Shown piece by piece: positions 39,379 through 46,871 of a stretch of DNA of 46,871 nt (its first letter is position 1; each line of letters opens with the position of its first letter). The stretch lies in contig JBGAQA010000017.1 in NCBI GenBank assembly GCA_044220955.1, forward strand, positions 53,827 through 100,697, in the 5' to 3' direction. The position numbers and the translations under genes are program-made. The notes under the pieces were generated by a model. The model searched no databases, was not told where the DNA came from, and saw only the letters and a program-made list of their open reading frames with translations. Source of the stretch: Sandaracinaceae bacterium (GTDB lineage Bacteria; Myxococcota_A; Polyangia; Polyangiales; Sandaracinaceae).

Positions 39379-40757
39379 TGCGTGTCCTCGTCGCAGCGCT
39401 GGTGCTCCTCGTCGTGGTCCCGCTCGGGCCGGCGCGCAGCGCCGCGCAGCCGATGGACACGTACGGCATCGGCTCGCGCAGCATCGCGATGGGCGGGGCG
39501 GTGACGGCGGACGTCGAGGACTTCTCGGCGAACTACTACAACCCCGCCGGCCTGGTCCGCGGCACGCAGCTGCGGCTCGGAGGCGGGTGGTACGGCGCGA
39601 TCCACGACCTCCGCGTGGACGGGGCGTCGAGCAACGTCGACACCCTGCACGGCGCCGTCTTCGGGCTCGTCGTGCCCGGCAGCTTCGGCGACTTCCGCTT
39701 CGCGTTCGGCCTCTCGGTGCACCTGCCCGACGACGCCGTGTCCCGCACGCGCTCGCTGCCCCACGCGCAGCCGCGCTGGGAGCTCTACGACAACCGCGGC
39801 CACCGCACGTACCTCGCGACCCACGTCGCGATCCGGCCCGTCGAGTGGCTGCTCATCGGCGGCGGCATCTCGTTTCTCTCTCTCTCGAGCAACGCGCTGC
39901 TCATCCGTGGCGATCTCGACATCACGCACCCGAGCTCGTCGCACCTCGACTCGTCGCTGCTGGCGAACCTGACGACCATCCGGTACCCGCAGGCGGGCAT
40001 CCAGATCCTGCCCATCCCGGAGCTCAGCTTCGGCCTCGTCTACCGCGGGCAGTTCGCGCTCGACAACCGGCTCACCGCGCAGGTCGGCTGCCCGGCGACC
40101 GAGCCTGGTTGCCCGACGGACACGCGGCTGACCGGCGCGGGCACGCCCTTCCGCGGGTACTTCGACCTCTTCACGCAGTCCGTGAACGCGTTCGTGCCGC
40201 AGCAGATCTCGCTCGGTGGCTCGTGGTCTCCCATCCCGGACTTCCGCATCAACCTCGAGCTGACGTGGGTGAACTGGAGCAGCTACGTGAGCCCGATCGG
40301 CACGAGCGACATCACGCTGCAGATCGATCTGCCGCCTGCGCTCCGCGATACGATCCGCATCCCCACGAACATCGCTGGCACGCGCCCCGTCGCGGCCAAC
40401 TTCTCCGACCGCTTCGTGCCGCGCATCGGCGCCGAGGGCGTCGCGTTTCGCGACCAGCGCATCGCGGTGCGGGTCCGCGGTGGCTTCTTCTACGAGCAGA
40501 CGCCCGTGCCCGACCAGACGGGGATGACGACGCTGATCGACACCGATCGCTGGGTCTGGTCGGCGGGTCTCGGCCTGGCGCTGACCGACCTTCGCCCGCT
40601 GCTGAACGGCACGCTCAGCTTCGATCTGCACCTCTCCTACGCGTACCTGCCGGATCGCACGACGCGGAAGGCGAGCTTCGTCGACACCATCGGCGACTTC
40701 GTCGCCGGCGGGCAGATGTTCATCGGCGGCCTCACCATGGAGCTCGCGTTCAATTGA
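39378..40757 (+). CDS. FadL/OmpP1-family outer-membrane transporter (second paralog)
   Basis: TGATG coupling; signal peptide, YGIGSRSIAMGG, YYNPAGL, VRGGFFYEQTPVP, IDTDR. Confidence 0.85.
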   Translation: MRVLVAALVLLVVVPLGPARSAAQPMDTYGIGSRSIAMGGAVTADVEDFSANYYNPAGLVRGTQLRLGGGWYGAIHDLRVDGASSNVDTLHGAVFGLVVPGSFGDFRFAFGLSVHLPDDAVSRTRSLPHAQPRWELYDNRGHRTYLATHVAIRPVEWLLIGGGISFLSLSSNALLIRGDLDITHPSSSHLDSSLLANLTTIRYPQAGIQILPIPELSFGLVYRGQFALDNRLTAQVGCPATEPGCPTDTRLTGAGTPFRGYFDLFTQSVNAFVPQQISLGGSWSPIPDFRINLELTWVNWSSYVSPIGTSDITLQIDLPPALRDTIRIPTNIAGTRPVAANFSDRFVPRIGAEGVAFRDQRIAVRVRGGFFYEQTPVPDQTGMTTLIDTDRWVWSAGLGLALTDLRPLLNGTLSFDLHLSYAYLPDRTTRKASFVDTIGDFVAGGQMFIGGLTMELAFN

Positions 40758-40930
40758 CGACCGGAGTGCTCGCCACGGAGGGCGCGGACGGGAGCGCGCG
40801 CGGCGCGCGCGGACGGGAGCGCCCGCAGGGGCGAGCCGACCAATTGACGACCGGAGTGCTCGGCACGGAGGGTGCGGACGGGAGCGCGCGAGGCGCGCGC
40901 GGACGGGAGCGCCCGCAGGGGCGAGCCGAG
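40751..40930 (+). repeat. 2 x 90-bp tandem direct repeat with internal hairpins
   Basis: 40751-40840 vs 40841-40930, 4 mismatches; each unit starts CAATTGACGA and contains GCGGACGGGAGCGC twice. Confidence 0.95.
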
Positions 40931-42115
40931 CCGCGGACGCCCCGAGCGCTCGCCAGCCTGGGGATCGCGATCCTGAGCGCGTGCAGCACCCTGGGGACGC
41001 CGGCGTCGCCGGCCGGGCCGCTGCCGCACGGCGGGACGGGCCAGTTCCGCGCGCTCACCGTCGCCGAGACGATGCTCGGCCCTTCACCAGCCGGCATCAC
41101 GCTCATGACCGGCGGGCGCGCGATCGACGACGCGATGCCGATCCAGGGGAACCTGTTCTACGCGGCGGCGACCATCGCCGCGCCGGTCGACGCCGGCGTC
41201 GTCGACGGCGGCGCGACGGACGGCGGCGCGACGGATGGCGGCGCGACCGATGGCGGCGCCGGGCCGGACGCCAGCGTGCCGACCGACGCCGGCGTGAGCG
41301 CAGACGCGGCCCTCGACGCGGGGCCGACGCCTCCGCCGGGCGTGGATTGGGCGCGCTTCCAGGGCCGCCAGATCTTCCGCAGTGTCCCAGGCGAGGCGTG
41401 GGGCTTCATGCCCGGCACGGCCGTGCTCAGCGCGAGCGAGCCCTGGGAGGGCGGCTACGTCACCGACCCCTGGGTCGTTCGGCGCGCGGACGGTCGCTAC
41501 CTGCTCTACTACGCCGCGGCGGGCGGCATCGGCGTCGCCAGCGCAGCCTCGCTGGACGGTCCGTGGGTGCGGGAGGGCGGCGCGGCGGTGCTGCCGACCA
41601 CGAGCGAGGGCACGCCGCGCCGGCCGAGCGCCGTGTCGAGCGCCGGTCTCGAGGGCGCGAGCGCGGCGATGGTCGTCTACTACGAGCTCGCGGGCTCGAT
41701 CCGCGTCGCGACCAGCGCCGACGGCATCGCGCTCACCGATGCGGGCTCGATCACGACGGTCCCGATCGAGGCGCGCGACGACCGCGACGGCGTCGAGGTC
41801 GAGGTCGGCGCACCTGGCGCCATCACCGTGCCGACCCCGGCCGGTCGCAGCGTGGTGCGCCTCTACTACGAGTCACGCCGCGACAACGGGGTCGTGCTCG
41901 TCGGAATGCTCGGGAGCGGCGACGGCGTGCACTTCGACCAGTTCACGCTCCCCGTGTTCCAGGAGCGCGACCGCCAGCGCCCGGCGCCGCGCTACGTCGA
42001 TGCGCGCACGACGGTGCTCTACACCTGGGTGCCGAACGGATCGAACGGCGCCGAGATCGCGTCGATCACGCCCGCGGGCGTGCGCCTCAACGCGGTCGCG
42101 CCGACCCCGTTCTGA
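40754..42115 (+). CDS. Lipoprotein with five-bladed glycoside-hydrolase-like beta-propeller
   Basis: AILSAC lipobox; (DGGAT)n linker; WEGGYVTDPWVV..YLLYY..IGVA..GPW, and further propeller blades. Start is TTG 40754 or 40844 (uncertain). Confidence 0.7.
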   Translation: MTTGVLATEGADGSARGARGRERPQGRADQLTTGVLGTEGADGSARGARGRERPQGRAEPRTPRALASLGIAILSACSTLGTPASPAGPLPHGGTGQFRALTVAETMLGPSPAGITLMTGGRAIDDAMPIQGNLFYAAATIAAPVDAGVVDGGATDGGATDGGATDGGAGPDASVPTDAGVSADAALDAGPTPPPGVDWARFQGRQIFRSVPGEAWGFMPGTAVLSASEPWEGGYVTDPWVVRRADGRYLLYYAAAGGIGVASAASLDGPWVREGGAAVLPTTSEGTPRRPSAVSSAGLEGASAAMVVYYELAGSIRVATSADGIALTDAGSITTVPIEARDDRDGVEVEVGAPGAITVPTPAGRSVVRLYYESRRDNGVVLVGMLGSGDGVHFDQFTLPVFQERDRQRPAPRYVDARTTVLYTWVPNGSNGAEIASITPAGVRLNAVAPTPF

Positions 42116-42157
42116 GGGCTCGGACGCCGGCGTCGATCCGCGGCAGGCGGCGCGCCG

Positions 42158-43438
42158 TCACCCGAGCCACTTGCCCATCGCGTCGACCGCGGCGAGCACA
42201 CGCGGCGCCTGTCGGCGCAGGAACGTCTCGTCGAGCGGCTGCTCCTTGGGGATCACCTGCACGGCCGCAAGGGCCTTGGCGCCGTCGAAGTCGACGTAGC
42301 TCAGGCGCGCGGTGAGCTCCTCGTCGGGTCGTCCGAACGCAGAGCCTGGCAAGAGCGCCACCCCCGTCTCGTCGAGCAGGCGCTCGACCAGGAGCGTGCT
42401 CGTCGTGATCCCGCGCGCGCGCAGCGCCTCGCCGCGCGGACCGAAGTCCACGAACACGTGGAAGCCCCCCACGGGCTGCGCGCAGCCCAGCCCGAGGGCG
42501 GCGATGCGGCGCGCCGACTGCCGCCCGACCGCCGCGAGCACACGGCGCACGTTCGACAGGTAGCGCTCGATGTCCTCGCCGCCGCCGAACGCCGCCGCGG
42601 CCGCGTACGAGATCGGAGCGCTGGTGGAGGTGAACGTCTCGCTCGCGAGCGCAGCCATCGCGCGGCGAAGCCTCGCGAGCTCCTGCGGGAACACGAAGGT
42701 GCCCAGGCGCCAGCCGCCCGCGCCGAGCCACTTGCTCATGCCCCCCGAGATGACCGTGCCCTCGGGGTAGTGCTTGGCGATGGAGGCGTGCTGGCCCTTG
42801 TGGTGCAGCTCCCCGTAGATCTCGTCCGAGAGCACGAGCAGATCGTGGGCGCGCGCGACCTTCGCCAGCTCGCGCAGCTCTTCGACCCGGTACGTGAGGC
42901 CCGTCGGGTTGCTCGGGTAGTTGAGCACCAGGATCCGCGGGCGCTGCTCGGTCGCGGCGAGCGCGCTCTCGAGCTGGGCGGCGGTGACCATGAACCCGTT
43001 GTCGGCGCTCGCGGGCACGAGGAGCACGTCTCGCCCGAGCACACGCGCCTGGGGCACGTACGCGGTCCAGCTCGGCGTCGGTACGACCAGGTCGCCGGCG
43101 AACGCGACCTGGAGCAGGAAGAGCAGCTCCTTGCTCCCGGGGCCGACCAGCACGTCGTCCGCGGTGCGGTCGATCCCGATGCGGCGCTCGACGAATCGCG
43201 CGACGGCGTGCCGCAGGGCCGGCAGGCCCTCTGGCGGGAGGTAGTCCTTCTCGGTCGCGTGTGCGCGGAGCGTCTCGACGATGCGCTCGGGGACGGGGAA
43301 GGGCGACTGCCCGAGCGCGAGCTTGTAGACCTCTTCACCGGCCGCGCGCATGCGGTCACAGCGCTCGCTCATCGCGATGGCCGGCGAGGTCGCCAGGCCG
43401 CGGACGGCGGGGCTCAGGTGCTCGGACAGACGCGCCAT
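42158..43438 (-). CDS. Class I/II PLP-dependent aminotransferase
   Basis: GQSPF, GSKE, LNYPSNPTG, SDEIY, GMSKW..GWRLG. Confidence 0.92.
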   Translation of the reverse strand: MARLSEHLSPAVRGLATSPAIAMSERCDRMRAAGEEVYKLALGQSPFPVPERIVETLRAHATEKDYLPPEGLPALRHAVARFVERRIGIDRTADDVLVGPGSKELLFLLQVAFAGDLVVPTPSWTAYVPQARVLGRDVLLVPASADNGFMVTAAQLESALAATEQRPRILVLNYPSNPTGLTYRVEELRELAKVARAHDLLVLSDEIYGELHHKGQHASIAKHYPEGTVISGGMSKWLGAGGWRLGTFVFPQELARLRRAMAALASETFTSTSAPISYAAAAAFGGGEDIERYLSNVRRVLAAVGRQSARRIAALGLGCAQPVGGFHVFVDFGPRGEALRARGITTSTLLVERLLDETGVALLPGSAFGRPDEELTARLSYVDFDGAKALAAVQVIPKEQPLDETFLRRQAPRVLAAVDAMGKWLG

Positions 43439-43524
43439 GGCGGCCGCGAGGTGTAACACGAGCGGGCGCTCGCGCGCGGAGGCGGGCGCCTGGCGCGCGG
43501 CGGCCGCGTGCGTACCATGGAGGC

Positions 43525-44007
43525 ATGACCGAACGCCACGAGCTGCGCGCGTACGAGTACGTCACCCGCCCCTACGAGACCGTGAAGTCCGTGCTGCGCG
43601 CCGATCCGGCGGGCGTGCTGGGGCGCGCGACCCACGGCGCGACGACGCGGGCGGGCGACGTGGCGGCCAGCTTGCGAGCCAGCATCGGCACGCTCGAGGT
43701 CGGCACCGACGTCGCCATCGAGGTCGGGGCGATCGAGGAGACGGTCGCGACCCGCGGGGGCGTCGTGCTGCGCATCCCGCTGGCGTGGCGAGCGGCCCAC
43801 GCGCCGGCGTTCTTCCCGTCGATGAAGGCGGTCCTGTCCGCCTACCCGCTGTCGAAGGACGAGACGCAGCTCGAGCTCGTCGGCACCTACACGCCGCCGC
43901 TCGGTCTGCTGGGCGACGCGGTCGACGGCCTCGCGCTCGGACGGCTCGCGGACGCGTCGGTGCACCGGTTCGTGGCGGACGTGGCGGCGTACATCTCGAA
44001 GGGCTGA
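43525..44007 (+). CDS. Hypothetical protein (SRPBCC/START-like)
   Basis: FPSMKAVL, TQLELVGTYTPPLGLLGDAVD, C-terminal helix; TACCAT 6 nt upstream. Confidence 0.75.
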   Translation: MTERHELRAYEYVTRPYETVKSVLRADPAGVLGRATHGATTRAGDVAASLRASIGTLEVGTDVAIEVGAIEETVATRGGVVLRIPLAWRAAHAPAFFPSMKAVLSAYPLSKDETQLELVGTYTPPLGLLGDAVDGLALGRLADASVHRFVADVAAYISKG

Positions 44008-44100
44008 GACCCCGGGACGGGCCGAGAGCGACTCAGCATCGCGGTCCCGACGTGGAGCGCCGTCGGTCAGGGAGACGGCGCGCCGGGGCCGGAGGCTGCG

Positions 44101-44490
44101 TCAGAGCGGCGCGCGCCAGAGCCCCCGGTCGACGAACAGGTACACCGACGAGCCGATGCGACGCGCGGACCTGGCGGTGTAGGTCGCGGGCAGGCCCATC
44201 TCGTACACCGTGCCGGTCGTGTCCGCCTCCGCGAACACGGTCACGTGACTTGCGCCCATGAGATAGACGCAGCTGCCGACCGCGTCCACGGCGCTCGTGC
44301 CGAACACGGTCCCGCTCGAGCGCCAGCTCGCGCCGCCGTCGAAGCTCATCGCCGCGCCGATGCCCTGCCGGATGCCGACCGTCGCGCCGTCGGCGCTGCC
44401 GTCCCAGCGCGACGGGCCGAGGGCTGCTCGATCTCGCGCGAGTCGGTGCGGATCCAGGCCGACCCGACGCGCGAGGCGCGGCGCTGGCAA
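44101..44490 (-). pseudogene. C-terminal remnant of a BNR/Asp-box beta-propeller gene
   Basis: SFDGGASW Asp-box and GLWRAPL end, but only 129 aa with a non-protein-like N-terminus and no signal peptide. Confidence 0.45.
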
Positions 44491-44493
44491 GCG

Positions 44494-45867
44494 TCAGCCG
44501 CCCCGGACGAGGCGCGACGTGACGAGCTGGAAGAGGATCTTGCCGACCTCGAAGCTGCCCATGCGGACGTGCTCGACGATCGCGCGGACGCTGCGCGTGC
44601 CGTCCACGGCGTCGAGCACGGTGCGCTCCTCGCGAGAGAGCCGCGCGCGATCGATGCGCGCGAGGGCGTCGGGATCGGGGCGGAACACGTCGTCGAACGA
44701 GCGCACGTGCTCCTCGACCAAGCGCCACTCGTCGACGCGCCTCATGCCCTCCATCAGCACGGAGGAGACGGGGATGCCCAGGCGCGCGAGCGAGGCCTCG
44801 GGACGGGCCGCGAGGCGCGCGAAGCGGTAGCGGCCGCGGCGCCATCGCAGCGCTTCGTACACCAGCTCGCTCGTCTGCCGCGTCAGGAGGCGGGTCAGAT
44901 CCTCGGGGCGCAGGTAGCCGAGCTTCACCAGGTGCGTGCCGAGCAGCTGGCGCGCGCCGCTGCGCGAGGCGAGCAGCCGCTCGAGGTCGCCGGCCTCGAT
45001 CAGCCCCTCGTCGACCGCGTAGCGCCCGATGCGGAATTCGGGGCGCGCCGAGCGCTCCATCGCGAGATCGATCGTCCCGTTCGAGAAGCAGATGGCGACC
45101 GAGTCGCGGCCGTTGTCGATCTCCAGCGTCCCGGTCTGCCGCTGATGGCGCAACATCTCGAGCACGTCGCCGAGGTACACGTGCTCGATCAGGCCCTCGA
45201 GCGCCCGATCGCCGCGCGCCTCCGGGACCATCGCGCCGAGGTCGGCGGCCCACGAGAGCAGCACGTCCGCGTCGGCGTGCCGGTGCAGCGCGGCGACGAC
45301 GTTGTCGGGGTTGATCGCGACGCGGGCGCCCACGATCAGCTCGGCGAGCTTCTGCGCGATGCGCGCCGCGGCCTCCTTCCTGCCGGGGTCGTCCTCGGTC
45401 TGGGGACCGGGCGCCGGGGCGCCGTTCAGGGTGATCTTCACCGGATCCGAGGGGTCGGGGGCGAGCGGCGGTGGCGGCGGGAGCGACTCGGCCTCGGCGC
45501 GGGCGAGCGCATGCGTCGCGACCGCGAGCAGCGCCTCGGGGGAGAAGGGCTTGGTGATCGCGTCGAGCGCGCCCGTCTGCGCGACGAAGCTCTCGCCGAT
45601 GCGATCGGCCTTCGCGCTCATGAGCACGACGGGCACGCCCGCGAGGTTCTGCACGGCGCGGAGCGACTGGATGAAGCGCAGGCCGTTCATGTGCGGCATC
45701 ACGAAGTCCGTGAGCACCAGATCGGGGGCCCGCAGGGTCGCCCGCTCGAGCGCCTCTCTACCGTCGGCCGCGACCTCGACCTCGAAGCCCGCGGCAACGA
45801 GCATCTGCGCGACGACGCGACGTACCGTGCGGCTGTCGTCGACGACCAGGACCCGGTGTGCGGCCAC
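44494..45867 (-). CDS. Response regulator (REC) with DUF4388/PATAN-like domain
   Basis: VLVVDDS, DLVLTDFVMPHMNG, ITKPF; LEGLIEHVYLGDVLEML..TGTL; VLMEGMRRVDEW. Confidence 0.9.
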   Translation of the reverse strand: MAAHRVLVVDDSRTVRRVVAQMLVAAGFEVEVAADGREALERATLRAPDLVLTDFVMPHMNGLRFIQSLRAVQNLAGVPVVLMSAKADRIGESFVAQTGALDAITKPFSPEALLAVATHALARAEAESLPPPPPLAPDPSDPVKITLNGAPAPGPQTEDDPGRKEAAARIAQKLAELIVGARVAINPDNVVAALHRHADADVLLSWAADLGAMVPEARGDRALEGLIEHVYLGDVLEMLRHQRQTGTLEIDNGRDSVAICFSNGTIDLAMERSARPEFRIGRYAVDEGLIEAGDLERLLASRSGARQLLGTHLVKLGYLRPEDLTRLLTRQTSELVYEALRWRRGRYRFARLAARPEASLARLGIPVSSVLMEGMRRVDEWRLVEEHVRSFDDVFRPDPDALARIDRARLSREERTVLDAVDGTRSVRAIVEHVRMGSFEVGKILFQLVTSRLVRGG

Positions 45868-45962
45868 GCGCCGATGCTACTCGGGGCCCGGGCGCGTTGC
45901 GAGCGACCGGGCGTGGCCGAATGCGAGTCACGTCACGCGCACGACATCGCTATTGTCCGTCC

Positions 45963-46865
45963 ATGGCGCAAGCGCAGGTCGGACGCGGGATCGCGCTCGA
46001 GTGGGAGGCCTTCGGCGAGGTGGGCGCCGAGCCGCTCGTGCTCGTGATGGGCCTCGGAGCCCAGATGATCCTCTGGCCGGACGGCTTCTGCCAGCAGCTC
46101 GCCTCGCGCGGATTCCGGGTCGTCCGCTTCGACAACCGCGACGTCGGGCTGAGCACCAAGCTCCACCACCAGGGCGTGCCGCGCATCCCGCTGCGGATCC
46201 TGGCGCGCACCGTCGCGCGGATCCGGATCCCGGGGCGCTACTCGCTCTCGGACATGGCGGCCGACACCGTGGGCCTGATGGACGCGCTCGAGCTGCCGGC
46301 CGCCCACGTCGTGGGCATGTCGATGGGCGGGATGATCGCGCAGACGATGGCGATCGAGCACCCGGCGCGCGTGCGCTCGCTGGTCTCGTTCGCGTCGAGC
46401 TGCGGCGACGACGGCCTGCCGCGGGGCAAGCCCGAAGCGGTGCGGGTGCTCGTCCAGAAGCCGCCCACCGAGCGCGAGGCGGCGATCCAGTACGGCGTGA
46501 AGGTGCTGCGGACGATCGGGAGCCCGGCGCACTTCGACGAGGCCGACGCGCGCAGGACGGTCGAGCGTGGAATCGAGCGGTCCACCTACCGGCTGGGGGC
46601 CGCGCGTCAGCTCGCGGCGATCCTCGCCGATGCGCCGCGCTCGCCGCGCCTGCGCGCGCTCACGATGCCGGCGACCGTGATCCACGGCCGGCTCGACCCG
46701 CTCCTGCCGCTCCCGCACGGCGAGGCCACCGCGCGCGCGATCCCGGGCGGCGAGCTCGTGGTGCTCGACTCGCTCGGCCACGACGTGCCGGAGGCGCTCT
46801 GGTCGAGGCTCATCGACGCCATCGAGAGCAACGCGCGCCGCGCGCGGCGGCCCGTCGCCGAGTAG
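45963..46865 (+). CDS. Alpha/beta-fold hydrolase
   Basis: LVMGLGAQ, RFDNRDVGLS, GMSMGG nucleophile elbow, HGRLDP, GHD. Confidence 0.93.
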   Translation: MAQAQVGRGIALEWEAFGEVGAEPLVLVMGLGAQMILWPDGFCQQLASRGFRVVRFDNRDVGLSTKLHHQGVPRIPLRILARTVARIRIPGRYSLSDMAADTVGLMDALELPAAHVVGMSMGGMIAQTMAIEHPARVRSLVSFASSCGDDGLPRGKPEAVRVLVQKPPTEREAAIQYGVKVLRTIGSPAHFDEADARRTVERGIERSTYRLGAARQLAAILADAPRSPRLRALTMPATVIHGRLDPLLPLPHGEATARAIPGGELVVLDSLGHDVPEALWSRLIDAIESNARRARRPVAE

Positions 46866-46871
46866 CCGGTC

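Noticed and set aside
40751..40930. CRISPR array
   Set aside because: Two adjacent 90-nt copies with no unique spacers and no cas genes.
41203..41260. (GACGGCGGCGCGACG)n 15-nt repeat as a distinct element
   Set aside because: Encodes a DGGAT linker typical of the DAG/DGG spacers seen in several lipoproteins in this window.

Overview
Very GC-rich (roughly 70-75% by eye) bacterial chromosomal segment. Gene content suggests Myxococcota, probably Polyangiales/Sandaracinaceae-like (inference): many Cys-rich and DAG/DGG-linker lipoproteins, a Ser/Thr kinase with a DUF2378-like tail, and a REC-DUF4388 regulator. About 40 CDS. Housekeeping genes are murC, ftsA, ftsZ, fhs, hutF, rpmG (missed by the ORF track), pepN, argB, an acyl-CoA ligase, an RluA-family synthase and an aminotransferase; they are interspersed with accessory exported proteins. 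No rRNA, tRNA, CRISPR array or transposase was recognised. The most striking item is a cobalamin-dependent radical SAM enzyme (11632-14028) fused in frame to an internal twin-Arg/lipobox-like signal, seven x-D-P-x-P-x-P repeats and a small C-terminal domain, a candidate enzyme-substrate fusion (self-modifying) system. Other highlights: a split vitamin-K carboxylase-like (HTTM) gene pair; a G9 tract that frameshifts the first gene of an operon of duplicated Cys-rich lipoproteins; TAnnnT -10 boxes 6-10 nt before at least 13 start codons (leaderless architecture); strand-polarised GAGRNC hexamer arrays; and a 90-bp tandem hairpin repeat.
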